A stretch of 38,048 nucleotides of DNA from an uncultured Geobacteraceae bacterium (GTDB taxonomy: Bacteria; Desulfobacterota; Desulfuromonadia; Geobacterales; Pseudopelobacteraceae), in NCBI GenBank assembly GCA_964643645.1, contig CAZXTZ010000001.1, positions 1 through 38,048 on the forward strand. The letters are read 5' to 3'. How positions within the stretch are numbered: position 1 is the stretch's first letter; every line of letters begins with the position of its first letter. The notes beneath the pieces were generated by a model. It was not told where the DNA came from and ran no database searches. It worked only from the letters and a program-made list of their open reading frames with translations. The position numbers and the translations under genes are program-made. Below, one piece after another: positions 9,900-21,792 of this stretch.

Positions 9900-12464
9900 T
9901 CATCCCCACAGCAGATGCCCGGGCTCATATATCGGCCCCAGAACCGGATGTTTTGGCATGGCTCTGGACATAAGGCCATAACGTCCACAGAAACGACACT
10001 CAATCATGCCCGTAAAACGATGCATTCCGTTACCAAGAGATTCATCGCACTTAAGCTCGATAGTCTCGCCACCCCTTATAGTCCCCTGATAATCAAGCAC
10101 CCCGAAATAGACCTCAACCGCAACCTGATCCACAGGGATGTCTCCAAGCTGAACCCTCACAGCAACAGGAATAGTGCTTCCTACCCCTATTGCCTCCGCA
10201 AGATTTGCCTCAACAGCATCTATCCTTACCTGGGGCCAGGCCTTGAAGGTTCTCTCCTTCCAGACGGCAAGATCCCTTGCCAGCTTGAGATCATCTGCCA
10301 CAAGTCTTGTCCACTGGCGATAGGAAGGTATGTACGAAAGCTGTGAGTACTCCTCAACCATCCGGTCTGTATTAAACACAGGACAGAGGGACTGAAGTGA
10401 ATTTTTCATGGTAGCTACCCATGAACGGGGTGTTCCGTCTGTGCCACGGTCGTAGAAATGGGGCACAACCTCTTTTTCCAGCAGTTCGTAAAGCGCCCTG
10501 CTCTCAATCTGGTTCTGATACTCCACATCCTGATAAACCTCGCCCTTGCCTATGGCCCAGCCGTTGTTACCCTGGTAACCCTCGCACCACCAGCCATCCA
10601 GTATTGAAAGATTAAGCCCGGCGTTGAAAGCGACCTTCATGCCGCTTGTGCCGCTTGCCTCAAGAGGGCGGCGAGGTGTATTCAGCCATACATCAACCCC
10701 CTGAACCAGATAACGGGCCACCTCCATGTCATAATCCTCAATGAAAACGATCCGGTGGCGGAATCTCTCCTGGTGTGAGACCTGAACGATCTGACGGATA
10801 AGCTCCTTGCCTTCAGTATCATGGGGATGGGCCTTGCCAGCAAATATTATCTGCACCGGCCTTTCAGAATTGTTCAGAATCCTGTCAAGACGGTCAATAT
10901 CACGCATCAGTAGGGTTCCACGCTTATATGTTGCAAAACGTCTGGCAAAACCGATGGTTAAAACCTCAGGATCAAGAACCTCATCGGCTGTGGCTATCTC
11001 CTTTGCTGTTGCGCCAACCTGCTTAAGCTGCTTCTTGAGTCGCCGACGGGCAAAATCCACCAGACGCTCGCGGGTGTTCTGCCGTGTGCGCCAGAGTTCT
11101 GCATCCGGGATACGGGCTACGCGCCTCCATACATTGTGGTCGGTAAGATCCTCCAGCCAACGTGTTCCAAGATAACGTATCAGAAGAGATGCCATCTGGC
11201 CTGACATCCAGGTGCCTGTATGCACCCCGTTTGTTATGGAAGTAAGGGGCAATTGCTCCTCGGGAAGCTCAGGCCAGGTATTTTTCCACATTGTGCGGGA
11301 AACCTCTCCATGCAGCTGGCTTACTCCGTTTGCGTGACCTGCCAGTTTAAGGGCAAGAACCGCCATACAGAATGTCTCGAACTGATCCTTCGGATTCTGA
11401 CGTCCAAGACCCAGAAACTCATCCATAGAGAGACTGAACTGCTTGATATATTTTGAAAAATATTTTTCAAGCATATCTGTAGGGAAGTGATCTATCCCTG
11501 CCTCAACAGGTGTGTGGGTTGTAAACACATTGCCTGCCCTTACGATCTCAATGGCCTCTGCAAAACGTATCTTCCGCTTCTCCATAACAAGCCGGCTGCG
11601 CTCAAGAGCAAGAAATGCCGCATGGCCCTCATTCATATGGCAGATATTCGGAACCAGCCGCAGTGCCCTCAGAGCCCGCACCCCGCCTATGCCAAGCAGA
11701 ATCTCCTGCAAGATCCTCATCTCCTGATTGCCGCCATAAAGCTGCGCCGTAATCAGGCGGTCTTCAGGTGAATTGCTTTCAAGATGTGTATCGAGCAGAT
11801 AGAGCGGAACCCTGCCCACCTGCACCTTCCAGATATGGAACCTGAAACAGCGGGGACCAAAATCAAGCTCCAGCTCCAAAGGTTTCCCTTCAGCATCCCT
11901 TTCCAGTGTAAGCGGCAGGTTGTAAAAGTCATTTTCAGGATATATTTCCTGCTGCCAGCCCTCATTATTGAGGTACTGCCTGAAATACCCCTGCCTGTAC
12001 AGAAGCCCCACTCCTACGAGCGGAATACCGAGATCACTGGCCGATTTCAGGTGGTCACCTGCAAGAATCCCAAGACCTCCTGAATATACCGGCAGTGACT
12101 CATGGAGGCCGAACTCCATTGAGAAGTAAGCGACCTTAAGCTCCGAATCACCACTGTATTCAGTATCAAACCAGGTTTTCTCATCAAGGTATGATGTCAG
12201 CTTTTCATCCACCATCTGCAGGTGCGCCATAAAGCCCTCGTCAAGTTTGAGGGATTCAAGTGTGGTCTGCTGAAGGATGCCAAGCATCTCAACCGGGTTG
12301 TGATGTGTTGATGTCCAGAGGTCTGGGTCAAGTCGTCTGAACAGGGCAAGCGCATCAGGTTCCCAGCACCACCAGAGATTGTAGGCGATACGCTGGAGAG
12401 CGGCCAGCTCGCCAGAAAGGGACGGAACAACTGTGAACTTGTGCATCATTTTTGAAAAATCCAT
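9900..12464 (-). CDS. glgP: Alpha-glucan (glycogen) phosphorylase
   Basis: YFSMEFG, YSGGLGILAGD, HMNEGH, ARRFATYKR and the PLP motif EASGTSGMK. Confidence 0.95.
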   Translation of the reverse strand: MDFSKMMHKFTVVPSLSGELAALQRIAYNLWWCWEPDALALFRRLDPDLWTSTHHNPVEMLGILQQTTLESLKLDEGFMAHLQMVDEKLTSYLDEKTWFDTEYSGDSELKVAYFSMEFGLHESLPVYSGGLGILAGDHLKSASDLGIPLVGVGLLYRQGYFRQYLNNEGWQQEIYPENDFYNLPLTLERDAEGKPLELELDFGPRCFRFHIWKVQVGRVPLYLLDTHLESNSPEDRLITAQLYGGNQEMRILQEILLGIGGVRALRALRLVPNICHMNEGHAAFLALERSRLVMEKRKIRFAEAIEIVRAGNVFTTHTPVEAGIDHFPTDMLEKYFSKYIKQFSLSMDEFLGLGRQNPKDQFETFCMAVLALKLAGHANGVSQLHGEVSRTMWKNTWPELPEEQLPLTSITNGVHTGTWMSGQMASLLIRYLGTRWLEDLTDHNVWRRVARIPDAELWRTRQNTRERLVDFARRRLKKQLKQVGATAKEIATADEVLDPEVLTIGFARRFATYKRGTLLMRDIDRLDRILNNSERPVQIIFAGKAHPHDTEGKELIRQIVQVSHQERFRHRIVFIEDYDMEVARYLVQGVDVWLNTPRRPLEASGTSGMKVAFNAGLNLSILDGWWCEGYQGNNGWAIGKGEVYQDVEYQNQIESRALYELLEKEVVPHFYDRGTDGTPRSWVATMKNSLQSLCPVFNTDRMVEEYSQLSYIPSYRQWTRLVADDLKLARDLAVWKERTFKAWPQVRIDAVEANLAEAIGVGSTIPVAVRVQLGDIPVDQVAVEVYFGVLDYQGTIRGGETIELKCDESLGNGMHRFTGMIECRFCGRYGLMSRAMPKHPVLGPIYEPGHLLWG

Positions 12465-12508
12465 TTGGGGCCTCTTTTAAAACAGGGCAAGGGTAGAAAG
12501 ACAATACC

Positions 12509-13345
12509 TTAAAGGGTTATATCTCCGCTGAAAACTTCTGTTGCAGGCCCGGTCATGAATACGGGGCCGTTCTCAAGCCATTCGAGCTCAAGGTCACCAC
12601 CAGACAGATGATTAAGAATCTTCCGGTCGGTAAGATTATTAAGAACACCAGCCACACATACAGCGCTTGCACCGGTGCCACAGGCCAGGGTTTCCCCGGC
12701 GCCACGCTCCCATGTGCGCTGCTTCACTTCACTGCGGGATATAATCTGGATAAACTCCACATTGGTACGACGGGGGAAAAGCTGGTGGTTTTCAATCAAT
12801 GTACCGTATGTGGCAACGGGAAAGCTGTCTACATCATCAACGTATATAATGCAATGGGGGTTGCCCATTGACACGCAAGTAATCTTGAAGGTCTTGTCCA
12901 GCACGGTCAGCTCTTCGGCAACCACCTGGGCTACAGGCTCACCGTTCATAGGAATCTCTTCGCGGGAAAGACGCGGGGAGCCCATATTTACACGGACTCT
13001 GTCAACCTTGTTATCCGCATTCGGAAAAAGCTGCAGGGTAAGGATTCCAGCGCCTGTCTCTGCGGTTATCTCTGTCTTTGCAACAATCCCATGATCAAAC
13101 GCATACTTTGCAACGCAGCGGATGCCGTTGCCGCACATCTCCGATTCTGATCCGTCACTGTTGAACATGCGCATCCGCACATCAGCCTTGTCAGAGGGCA
13201 TGATCAGGATAAGGCCGTCCGAGCCTATTCCAAAATTCCGGTTAGAGACCTTTATCGCCACTTCGGCAGGATTTTCAACCTTCTCTGCAAAACAGTCTAC
13301 ATATACATAATCGTTGCCTGCGCCGTGCATCTTGGTAAATCGCAT
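12509..13345 (-). CDS. dapF: Diaminopimelate epimerase
   Basis: [22 protein letters not shown] and [13 protein letters not shown]. Confidence 0.97.
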   Translation of the reverse strand: MRFTKMHGAGNDYVYVDCFAEKVENPAEVAIKVSNRNFGIGSDGLILIMPSDKADVRMRMFNSDGSESEMCGNGIRCVAKYAFDHGIVAKTEITAETGAGILTLQLFPNADNKVDRVRVNMGSPRLSREEIPMNGEPVAQVVAEELTVLDKTFKITCVSMGNPHCIIYVDDVDSFPVATYGTLIENHQLFPRRTNVEFIQIISRSEVKQRTWERGAGETLACGTGASAVCVAGVLNNLTDRKILNHLSGGDLELEWLENGPVFMTGPATEVFSGDITL

Positions 13346-13482
13346 TGAGATCCTCCATATTCTTGATTAATCGGATAGCCAAAATAACAGAATCCAGAGA
13401 TGGCAACAAGATGTAAATCTGGACGTGATATGATTGTAACGTGTATAGTTCGTTAAATTAAGCCATAAAAAGGAGACCTGAT

Positions 13483-14031
13483 ATGATAAGGCCGTTCAAA
13501 GGGATGACACCACAAATTGACTCTACAGCCTTCATCGCCGAAACCGCTGTAGTTATCGGAGAAGTTTCCATCGGGCCTGAATCAAGCATCTGGTACAATG
13601 TTGTGGCAAGGGGAGATGTAAACTTTATATCCATCGGCGCCAGAAGCAACGTACAAGACCTGACAATGCTCCATGTAACCCACAAAAAACATGCGGATGA
13701 TCCCGGAGCGCCCCTTGTAATAGGTGATGACGTAACCATAGGCCACAGCGTCACACTTCATGGCTGCACACTTGAAAACGGCTGTTTCATAGGAATGCAG
13801 GCAATGGTTATGGACAAGGCGGTTGTAGGCGAGGGGGCGCTGGTTGGAGCGAGGGCGCTTGTAACCGAGGGAACAATCATCCCTCCCCACACACTCTGGA
13901 TAGGCGCGCCAGCAAAGTACAAACGTGACCTGACTCCTGAAGAAATAGCATGGCTACGGAAATCCGCCGGGAACTATGTTCGCTACTCAAGGGAGTTTCT
14001 GGAGGATGGACTGGGGGAGACACTTAAGTAA
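13483..14031 (+). CDS. Gamma carbonic anhydrase family (YrdA-like) hexapeptide-repeat protein
   Basis: RGD...NVQD, metal-binding His residues in LHV, TIGH and LHGC, hexapeptide repeats, AGGAG RBS. Confidence 0.92.
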   Translation: MIRPFKGMTPQIDSTAFIAETAVVIGEVSIGPESSIWYNVVARGDVNFISIGARSNVQDLTMLHVTHKKHADDPGAPLVIGDDVTIGHSVTLHGCTLENGCFIGMQAMVMDKAVVGEGALVGARALVTEGTIIPPHTLWIGAPAKYKRDLTPEEIAWLRKSAGNYVRYSREFLEDGLGETLK

Positions 14032-14084
14032 TCAATAGCCGGGCTGAGCCCTCAGAAGCTTCTCAGCTTGTCGCCAAAACAGCC

Positions 14085-16118
<2,034 letters not shown>

Positions 16119-16158
16119 CATTTCAACAAACAGCACTGCCAGCTTGACCATAATGGGT

Positions 16159-16167
16159 TGATATAAT
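16159..16167 (+). promoter_or_regulatory. Extended -10 sigma70 promoter for the sigma54 activator gene
   Basis: TG-A-TATAAT about 40 nt upstream of the start. TTGACC lies at 16144-16149. Confidence 0.5.
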
Positions 16168-16205
16168 ACTCTGTCCGCATCAAACTGCTACACATTACGG
16201 GGGCC

Positions 16206-19016
16206 TTGATGCATCAGAAATCAGAAGCAGCAGATTTTTTTCGGAGCAAGGTTGCCTCATATGGCAAGGAAAACCAGACAGAACTCCTGTATGTGCTTGT
16301 TGAGGGAGTCCGTCTCATCTGCGGCGCCAGCAGGCAAAGGATTTATGTTGAAGATCTTATAGCCGGAGCCCTTTCATGCGCCCATGCAGCTGGTTCCCAC
16401 AGTTCGGCCCTTAAAGAGGTTTCTTTTCCGATTATCTCACCGGATGCATCTGTTTCCCGCGTTTTTACAACACAATCCCCCGCTGAATTCTATCTTGACG
16501 AGGCTGAGGCAACTTCCAGCGACGCGCTCTTTGCCGCCAGGTTCGGAATTGCTGCGTCAACCTGTCTGCCTCTGCTATGTGACGGCAGATCCATTGGGGT
16601 GCTATGTATTGACAGAGAACATCGCGGGCCTGAAATCGCCCCCCTTAAGATGCAGGAACTCTCTGATTTTATTGATATGGTTTCCGAAAGACTGGATGAG
16701 GCCCGCAGCTATCATCAGCAAGTGAAACTGGCAAGACGCCTTGAAGAGACCAGGATGCGTGAAGCGGCAGGCCAGATGGTGCGTTCTGCAGCAAGGCTTG
16801 TTGAAAATGTGGCCCTTGCCTCTGTTCTTACACCTGTAGTTTCTGCTGACGGATCAATAAACCTCGAAGTTCTGGCTAGTTATGCGCCAGACCGCCAGCT
16901 TGTCGAGCAGTATGACCGTCTGGGTTCAATACAGCTGGAACCGGGTGTCTCCCTTATTTCCAGATATGTTGACCAGCAGGCGGTGATCCGTGACGAACGG
17001 CTGCTTAAGCCTCTTTTCATCGAGGATCTTGCCAGCCATACCTTGCAGAAGCGCGCCCTTACCGAGCAGATGTCCCTTAGATCCCTGTATGTTGTACCCA
17101 GATTTGATCCAAGGACAAAACGGGTGATCTGCCTGGTAAACTATTTCTGCAAGGCCAAATACCGCTTTTCGGAATTCGAGGCCGGGCTTCTGCAAAGCCA
17201 TGCCGGCATGGTCGAGAGTGTAGTAAACGGTGTAGGCGGTGAACATCTGGAAATCCGTGTTCTTGCAGAGATTACAGATCTTTTGAACGATGCCGGGGAG
17301 AACCTTCAGCAGTTTCTTACAAAGGTGCTTGCAAAGGCCACTGAACTGATAGGCGCCGATACTGGCAGCATTGCGATTGTTGAGGAGAGGGAGGGACGTC
17401 GCTGGCTTGTAGTTGAAGATGAGCAGGGGGATTTGACAGGCGCCAAAAACAAGGAATGGCTGAAGCGCTATATTCCTCCCTTTCCTGTAGGGGGTCCGGA
17501 ACTGCTTCCTGAGGAGAGAAGCCTTACCGGCTATGTTGCCTGGTGCCAGCAACCGAAGACCATTTCTAATGTTGAAGAAGAGCGTCTGGGGGATGGCTTC
17601 CATCGCTCCATGAGCGACCTGCTGAAGAGTGAAATTGCAGTGCCGGTTATATGCGATGGAGATGTAATCGCCGTCATCTGCCTTAATTCACTCAGATATT
17701 CCTACTTCAGCGAGGAACATCGCCGGATACTGCAAATAATCGGCTCCCTCACAGCCAGACATATATCAGATCTGCAACGGATCGAACGCCTACAGGGTGA
17801 GGTGCAGCGGCTTACTACTGATGTCGGGTACAAAGACCCACACATCTCTTCATACAGGCTTGGAAACATAATCGGCCTTTCCCAGAAATCCCAGGCTGTC
17901 GTGGAATTCATAAACACCGTTTCGCCCCCGCTTTTCAACAGGATTCTGTTCTGGACCAGAAACGTCATTCAGGAGGCAACACTGGGACTCCCTTCAATAC
18001 TTGTCACAGGCGCTACAGGTTCAGGTAAGGAATTTTTCTTCAACAACCTTTACAACAAGCTCAACTCCATCTATCGGGATCAGGCCGTAACAGCCGGGGA
18101 ACTGCCGGTAAAAAAGTGCAACATTGCCGCATACAGCGGAGATCTTACCTATTCCGAACTTTTCGGCCACAAGAAGGGAGCCTTTACCGGCGCCTACAGC
18201 GACAGAAAAGGCATACTTGAGGAATGCATGGGGGGAGTGGTGTTCCTTGACGAAATAGGGGATGCTGACCCAAAGACACAGGTGCAGCTCCTGCGGTTTC
18301 TGGATAACGGCGGTTTTGTGAGGCTGGGGGAAAACGGCGAGCGTTTCAGCAGGGTTCTTCTGATTGCGGCAACAAACAAGGATCTTTCCGCAGAGATAGC
18401 GGCAGGACGATTCAGGGAAGATCTCTACCACAGGCTTGCCGAACTTTCCATCCGACTGCCCTCTCTCAATGAGCGGCGGGAGGATATACCAGACCTGGCA
18501 GTACACTTCCTGGGCAAGCTATACAGGACATACAAGGGGGAAACAGACCCGCCGGAGCCACCGATCTTGACTGAGGAGGCCAAATCAGAGCTTGTTAACC
18601 ACCATTACGAAGGTAATATCAGGGAGCTTCGATCAATACTGCTTCGGGCTCTCTTCTTCAGACGCAAGGAACTTATCTCCGGCGATGCGATACGAAATGC
18701 CATAGCAGGGGCCTCCCTCGGAGCCTCTTCAGAATCCGGCCACAGAGAGCTTTTGGAAAAAATAGCATCTGAGATAATGGAAAAAATAGCTTTAGGCGGG
18801 GACTTCTGGCGCAATGTGTACGACCCGTTCAGCCGAAGCGACATATCAAAAGATGTTGTAAGGCTCGTTATAGAGAAAGCACGGGCAAAAGCCGGACGCC
18901 AGATGCCTGCTGTAGCCCGCTATCTCCACGCAATCACCGATGGTCTGGCAGCGGATGAACAGCGCAAGGCACTCTATAAGTTCAAGAACTTTTTATATAA
19001 AACCGTACGTTTATGA
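16206..19016 (+). CDS. Multi-GAF sigma54-dependent transcriptional activator (bEBP)
   Basis: GAF-like segments (CLPLLCDGRSIGVLCID; SEIAVPVICDGDVIAVICLNS). AAA+ domain with GATGSGKE, ELFGHKKGAFTGA, FLDEIGD, FREDLYHRL and GNIREL. Start is TTG 16206 or ATG 16209. Confidence 0.92.
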   Translation: MMHQKSEAADFFRSKVASYGKENQTELLYVLVEGVRLICGASRQRIYVEDLIAGALSCAHAAGSHSSALKEVSFPIISPDASVSRVFTTQSPAEFYLDEAEATSSDALFAARFGIAASTCLPLLCDGRSIGVLCIDREHRGPEIAPLKMQELSDFIDMVSERLDEARSYHQQVKLARRLEETRMREAAGQMVRSAARLVENVALASVLTPVVSADGSINLEVLASYAPDRQLVEQYDRLGSIQLEPGVSLISRYVDQQAVIRDERLLKPLFIEDLASHTLQKRALTEQMSLRSLYVVPRFDPRTKRVICLVNYFCKAKYRFSEFEAGLLQSHAGMVESVVNGVGGEHLEIRVLAEITDLLNDAGENLQQFLTKVLAKATELIGADTGSIAIVEEREGRRWLVVEDEQGDLTGAKNKEWLKRYIPPFPVGGPELLPEERSLTGYVAWCQQPKTISNVEEERLGDGFHRSMSDLLKSEIAVPVICDGDVIAVICLNSLRYSYFSEEHRRILQIIGSLTARHISDLQRIERLQGEVQRLTTDVGYKDPHISSYRLGNIIGLSQKSQAVVEFINTVSPPLFNRILFWTRNVIQEATLGLPSILVTGATGSGKEFFFNNLYNKLNSIYRDQAVTAGELPVKKCNIAAYSGDLTYSELFGHKKGAFTGAYSDRKGILEECMGGVVFLDEIGDADPKTQVQLLRFLDNGGFVRLGENGERFSRVLLIAATNKDLSAEIAAGRFREDLYHRLAELSIRLPSLNERREDIPDLAVHFLGKLYRTYKGETDPPEPPILTEEAKSELVNHHYEGNIRELRSILLRALFFRRKELISGDAIRNAIAGASLGASSESGHRELLEKIASEIMEKIALGGDFWRNVYDPFSRSDISKDVVRLVIEKARAKAGRQMPAVARYLHAITDGLAADEQRKALYKFKNFLYKTVRL

Positions 19017-19201
19017 AGGTTTTATCAGAGTTGTCAAGGTTTAAGAAAGATTCATAAACAACATAAGCTTATACCTCATTCAGGCATGCACTGACCTGTT
19101 AACCATTGTGAAGGGTGGATACCTGTCAGTCAATACTGCCAAAGCCAAAGCAATATAGAATTGACTCTGGTAAATCAGATAATTCCTGAAATGGAAGACA
19201 C

Positions 19202-19235
19202 TCCTCCAGGATTTTGATTCCTCCAGGATTTTGAT
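19202..19235. repeat. Perfect 17-bp tandem duplication
   Basis: TCCTCCAGGATTTTGAT twice (19202-19218 and 19219-19235). Confidence 0.9.
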
Positions 19236-19247
19236 GTTCGATGCTGT

Positions 19248-19291
19248 CTAACAAAAGCCCGCCTGACTAATGTCAGGCGGGCTTTTGTTAG
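19248..19291. terminator. Bidirectional intrinsic terminator between the convergent bEBP and amtB genes
   Basis: Perfect 20-bp inverted repeat CTAACAAAAGCCCGCCTGAC-taat-GTCAGGCGGGCTTTTGTTAG. Confidence 0.88.
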
Positions 19292-19312
19292 CAGACTGCC
19301 ACTTGTGCTCTG

Positions 19313-20767
19313 TTAGTTGTATCCACTTTCGCTGTGTTGCGTCTGGTCAAGACCCATGATTTCGTCTTCCTTCTCAACCCTTAGGCCGATAGTCTTGTCA
19401 AGTATAAAGGCTATTACGAATGTTACCACTACTGCATATACGCCTGCTGCTACAATTGCTATTATCTGGGTCATGAACTGCTTTGTGTCGCCCATCAAAA
19501 GTCCTTTGGCCCCTACAGTTGCGAATACTCCGGTAAGTATCGCTCCCAGGGTTCCGCCTACACCGTGAACTCCAAAGGCATCAAGGGAATCGTCATACTT
19601 CAGTTTTGCCTTCACAAGTATTGCGCCATAGCATACAAGGCCTGCTGCTACGCCGATAACGAGAGCTGCTCCCGGCTGGACAAAACCTGCGGCCGGGGTG
19701 ATTCCTACGAGACCTGCAACTACACCGGAACCGAAACCAAGGGCACTGGGCTTGCCTGAGTGCATCCATTCAGCTATCATCCATGAAAGTCCGCCGGCTG
19801 CCGGGGCGATTGTTGTAGTCATGAAGGCCAGACCGGCCAGGCCACCTGCCGCATCGGAAGTATTTACGCCAACCACCGCAGAGCCTGCGTTAAAACCGAA
19901 CCATCCAAACCAGAGAAGCCCTACGCCAAGCATTGTAAGTGGCAGACTGTGCGGGGCCATCCGCTCCTGGGGGAAACCGTGGCGCTTGCCAAGGAAAAAG
20001 AGCAGAGCCAGGGCAGATACACCTGATGAGAGGTGGACGACGGTTCCTCCCGCGAAGTCAAGGGCGCCTTTCTTGAACAGCCAGCCATCGGTCATCCATA
20101 CCCAGTGTGCAAGCGGATCATATACAAGGGTTGTCCAGAGGAGAACAAAGACGCACCATGCGGCAAACTTGATCCGTTCAGCAACAGCACCCGATATAAG
20201 GGCTACGGTAATCATTGCAAACATTCCCTGAAACATCGCAAATACATATTCCGGTATAGCTCCAGGTTCTGTGGTTACATTCTGGAATAGTGTGTATACC
20301 GGATTACCGTCCTTGAAGCTTATAAGGCCGTTGAATAGAGCCTTCGAGAGGTTACCCACCATCCCACCTCCAACATCCGGGCCAAATGAGAGAGAATAGC
20401 CTATGAGAGCCCACTGAACCCCCACTATGCCCATCGCTACAAATGAGTGCATCATAGTGGAGAGTACGTTCTTCTGGCGAACCATGCCGCCATAAAACAG
20501 AGCCAGTCCGGGTATCATGAACAGCACAAGGGCTGATGATACCAACATCCAGGCGGTGTCGCCCGTATTCAGGACCGGATCAACATTCTTGGGCTTTGCC
20601 GGTTCTGCTGGCGCTTCGGCCGGAACTGCTGCCGGGGCTTTGGGTGCCTCAACAGCAACTGCTGACGTTACAGCTCCATCTTTCTTCTCTTCTGCAACTG
20701 CATTCACGGAAAGAATCGCTGTGAACAGCGCAAACATCGTAATTATAAGTGTGTGCTTCAGTTTCAT
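19313..20767 (-). CDS. amtB: Ammonium transporter
   Basis: DTAW, DFAGGTVVH, GWFGFNAGS and DDSLDAFGVHG. Signal peptide plus an Ala/Pro-rich N-terminal linker. Confidence 0.97.
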   Translation of the reverse strand: MKLKHTLIITMFALFTAILSVNAVAEEKKDGAVTSAVAVEAPKAPAAVPAEAPAEPAKPKNVDPVLNTGDTAWMLVSSALVLFMIPGLALFYGGMVRQKNVLSTMMHSFVAMGIVGVQWALIGYSLSFGPDVGGGMVGNLSKALFNGLISFKDGNPVYTLFQNVTTEPGAIPEYVFAMFQGMFAMITVALISGAVAERIKFAAWCVFVLLWTTLVYDPLAHWVWMTDGWLFKKGALDFAGGTVVHLSSGVSALALLFFLGKRHGFPQERMAPHSLPLTMLGVGLLWFGWFGFNAGSAVVGVNTSDAAGGLAGLAFMTTTIAPAAGGLSWMIAEWMHSGKPSALGFGSGVVAGLVGITPAAGFVQPGAALVIGVAAGLVCYGAILVKAKLKYDDSLDAFGVHGVGGTLGAILTGVFATVGAKGLLMGDTKQFMTQIIAIVAAGVYAVVVTFVIAFILDKTIGLRVEKEDEIMGLDQTQHSESGYN

Positions 20768-20803
20768 GGCTTGCCTCCTGTATCCATCTGAATATTGTGT
20801 TAT

Positions 20804-21345
<542 letters not shown>

Positions 21346-21374
21346 CAATCAGCAGCTATCATTTGAATAGAAAG

Positions 21375-21395
21375 TTGCGCCTGTTTTTTGTGCAA
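21375..21395. promoter_or_regulatory. Putative NtrC-type enhancer palindrome
   Basis: TTGCGC-N9-GTGCAA, 60-80 bp upstream of the -24 element. Confidence 0.5.
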
Positions 21396-21498
21396 TATAT
21401 TTTCCTTTACGCCTATAAGGTTTGCAGTATTTGATTTCTAACCTGATTTAGAAGTGTGGTAAGGTTTATGCAAATTTCAGATTAAACGGAGGTGTCAA

Positions 21499-21792
21499 AT
21501 GGGTGTAGTGGCCAAGCTGGGTGAAATCCCTGAAATGGGGAAAAAGCAGATTGAAGTTGATGGTCAGGGCGTCATTCTATTTAACTTCAAGGGGAAAATT
21601 TTTGCGTTCGAAAATGAATGCCCCCATCAGGGTGCGCCACTTGGCGCGGCCCTTGTGAAAGACGGCTATCTTTCATGCCCGCGTCATGGCTTTCGTTTTC
21701 AGCTGTCTGATGGTAGCTGCAAGGAGCATCCCGAATTCTGTCTTAAGGTATGGCCTGTAAGAATAGAAAATGGTGATGTGATAATTGATTAA
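21499..21792 (+). CDS. Rieske [2Fe-2S] ferredoxin-like protein
   Basis: CPH...CPRHG ligands and GGAGG RBS. Confidence 0.92.
   Translation: MGVVAKLGEIPEMGKKQIEVDGQGVILFNFKGKIFAFENECPHQGAPLGAALVKDGYLSCPRHGFRFQLSDGSCKEHPEFCLKVWPVRIENGDVIID

Noticed and set aside
14032..14084. SOS/LexA box upstream of uvrB
   Set aside because: Only short palindromes are present, with no recognisable LexA consensus.
19095..19217. Small ORF or gene remnant downstream of the bEBP
   Set aside because: A short open stretch with no convincing start, RBS or recognisable similarity.
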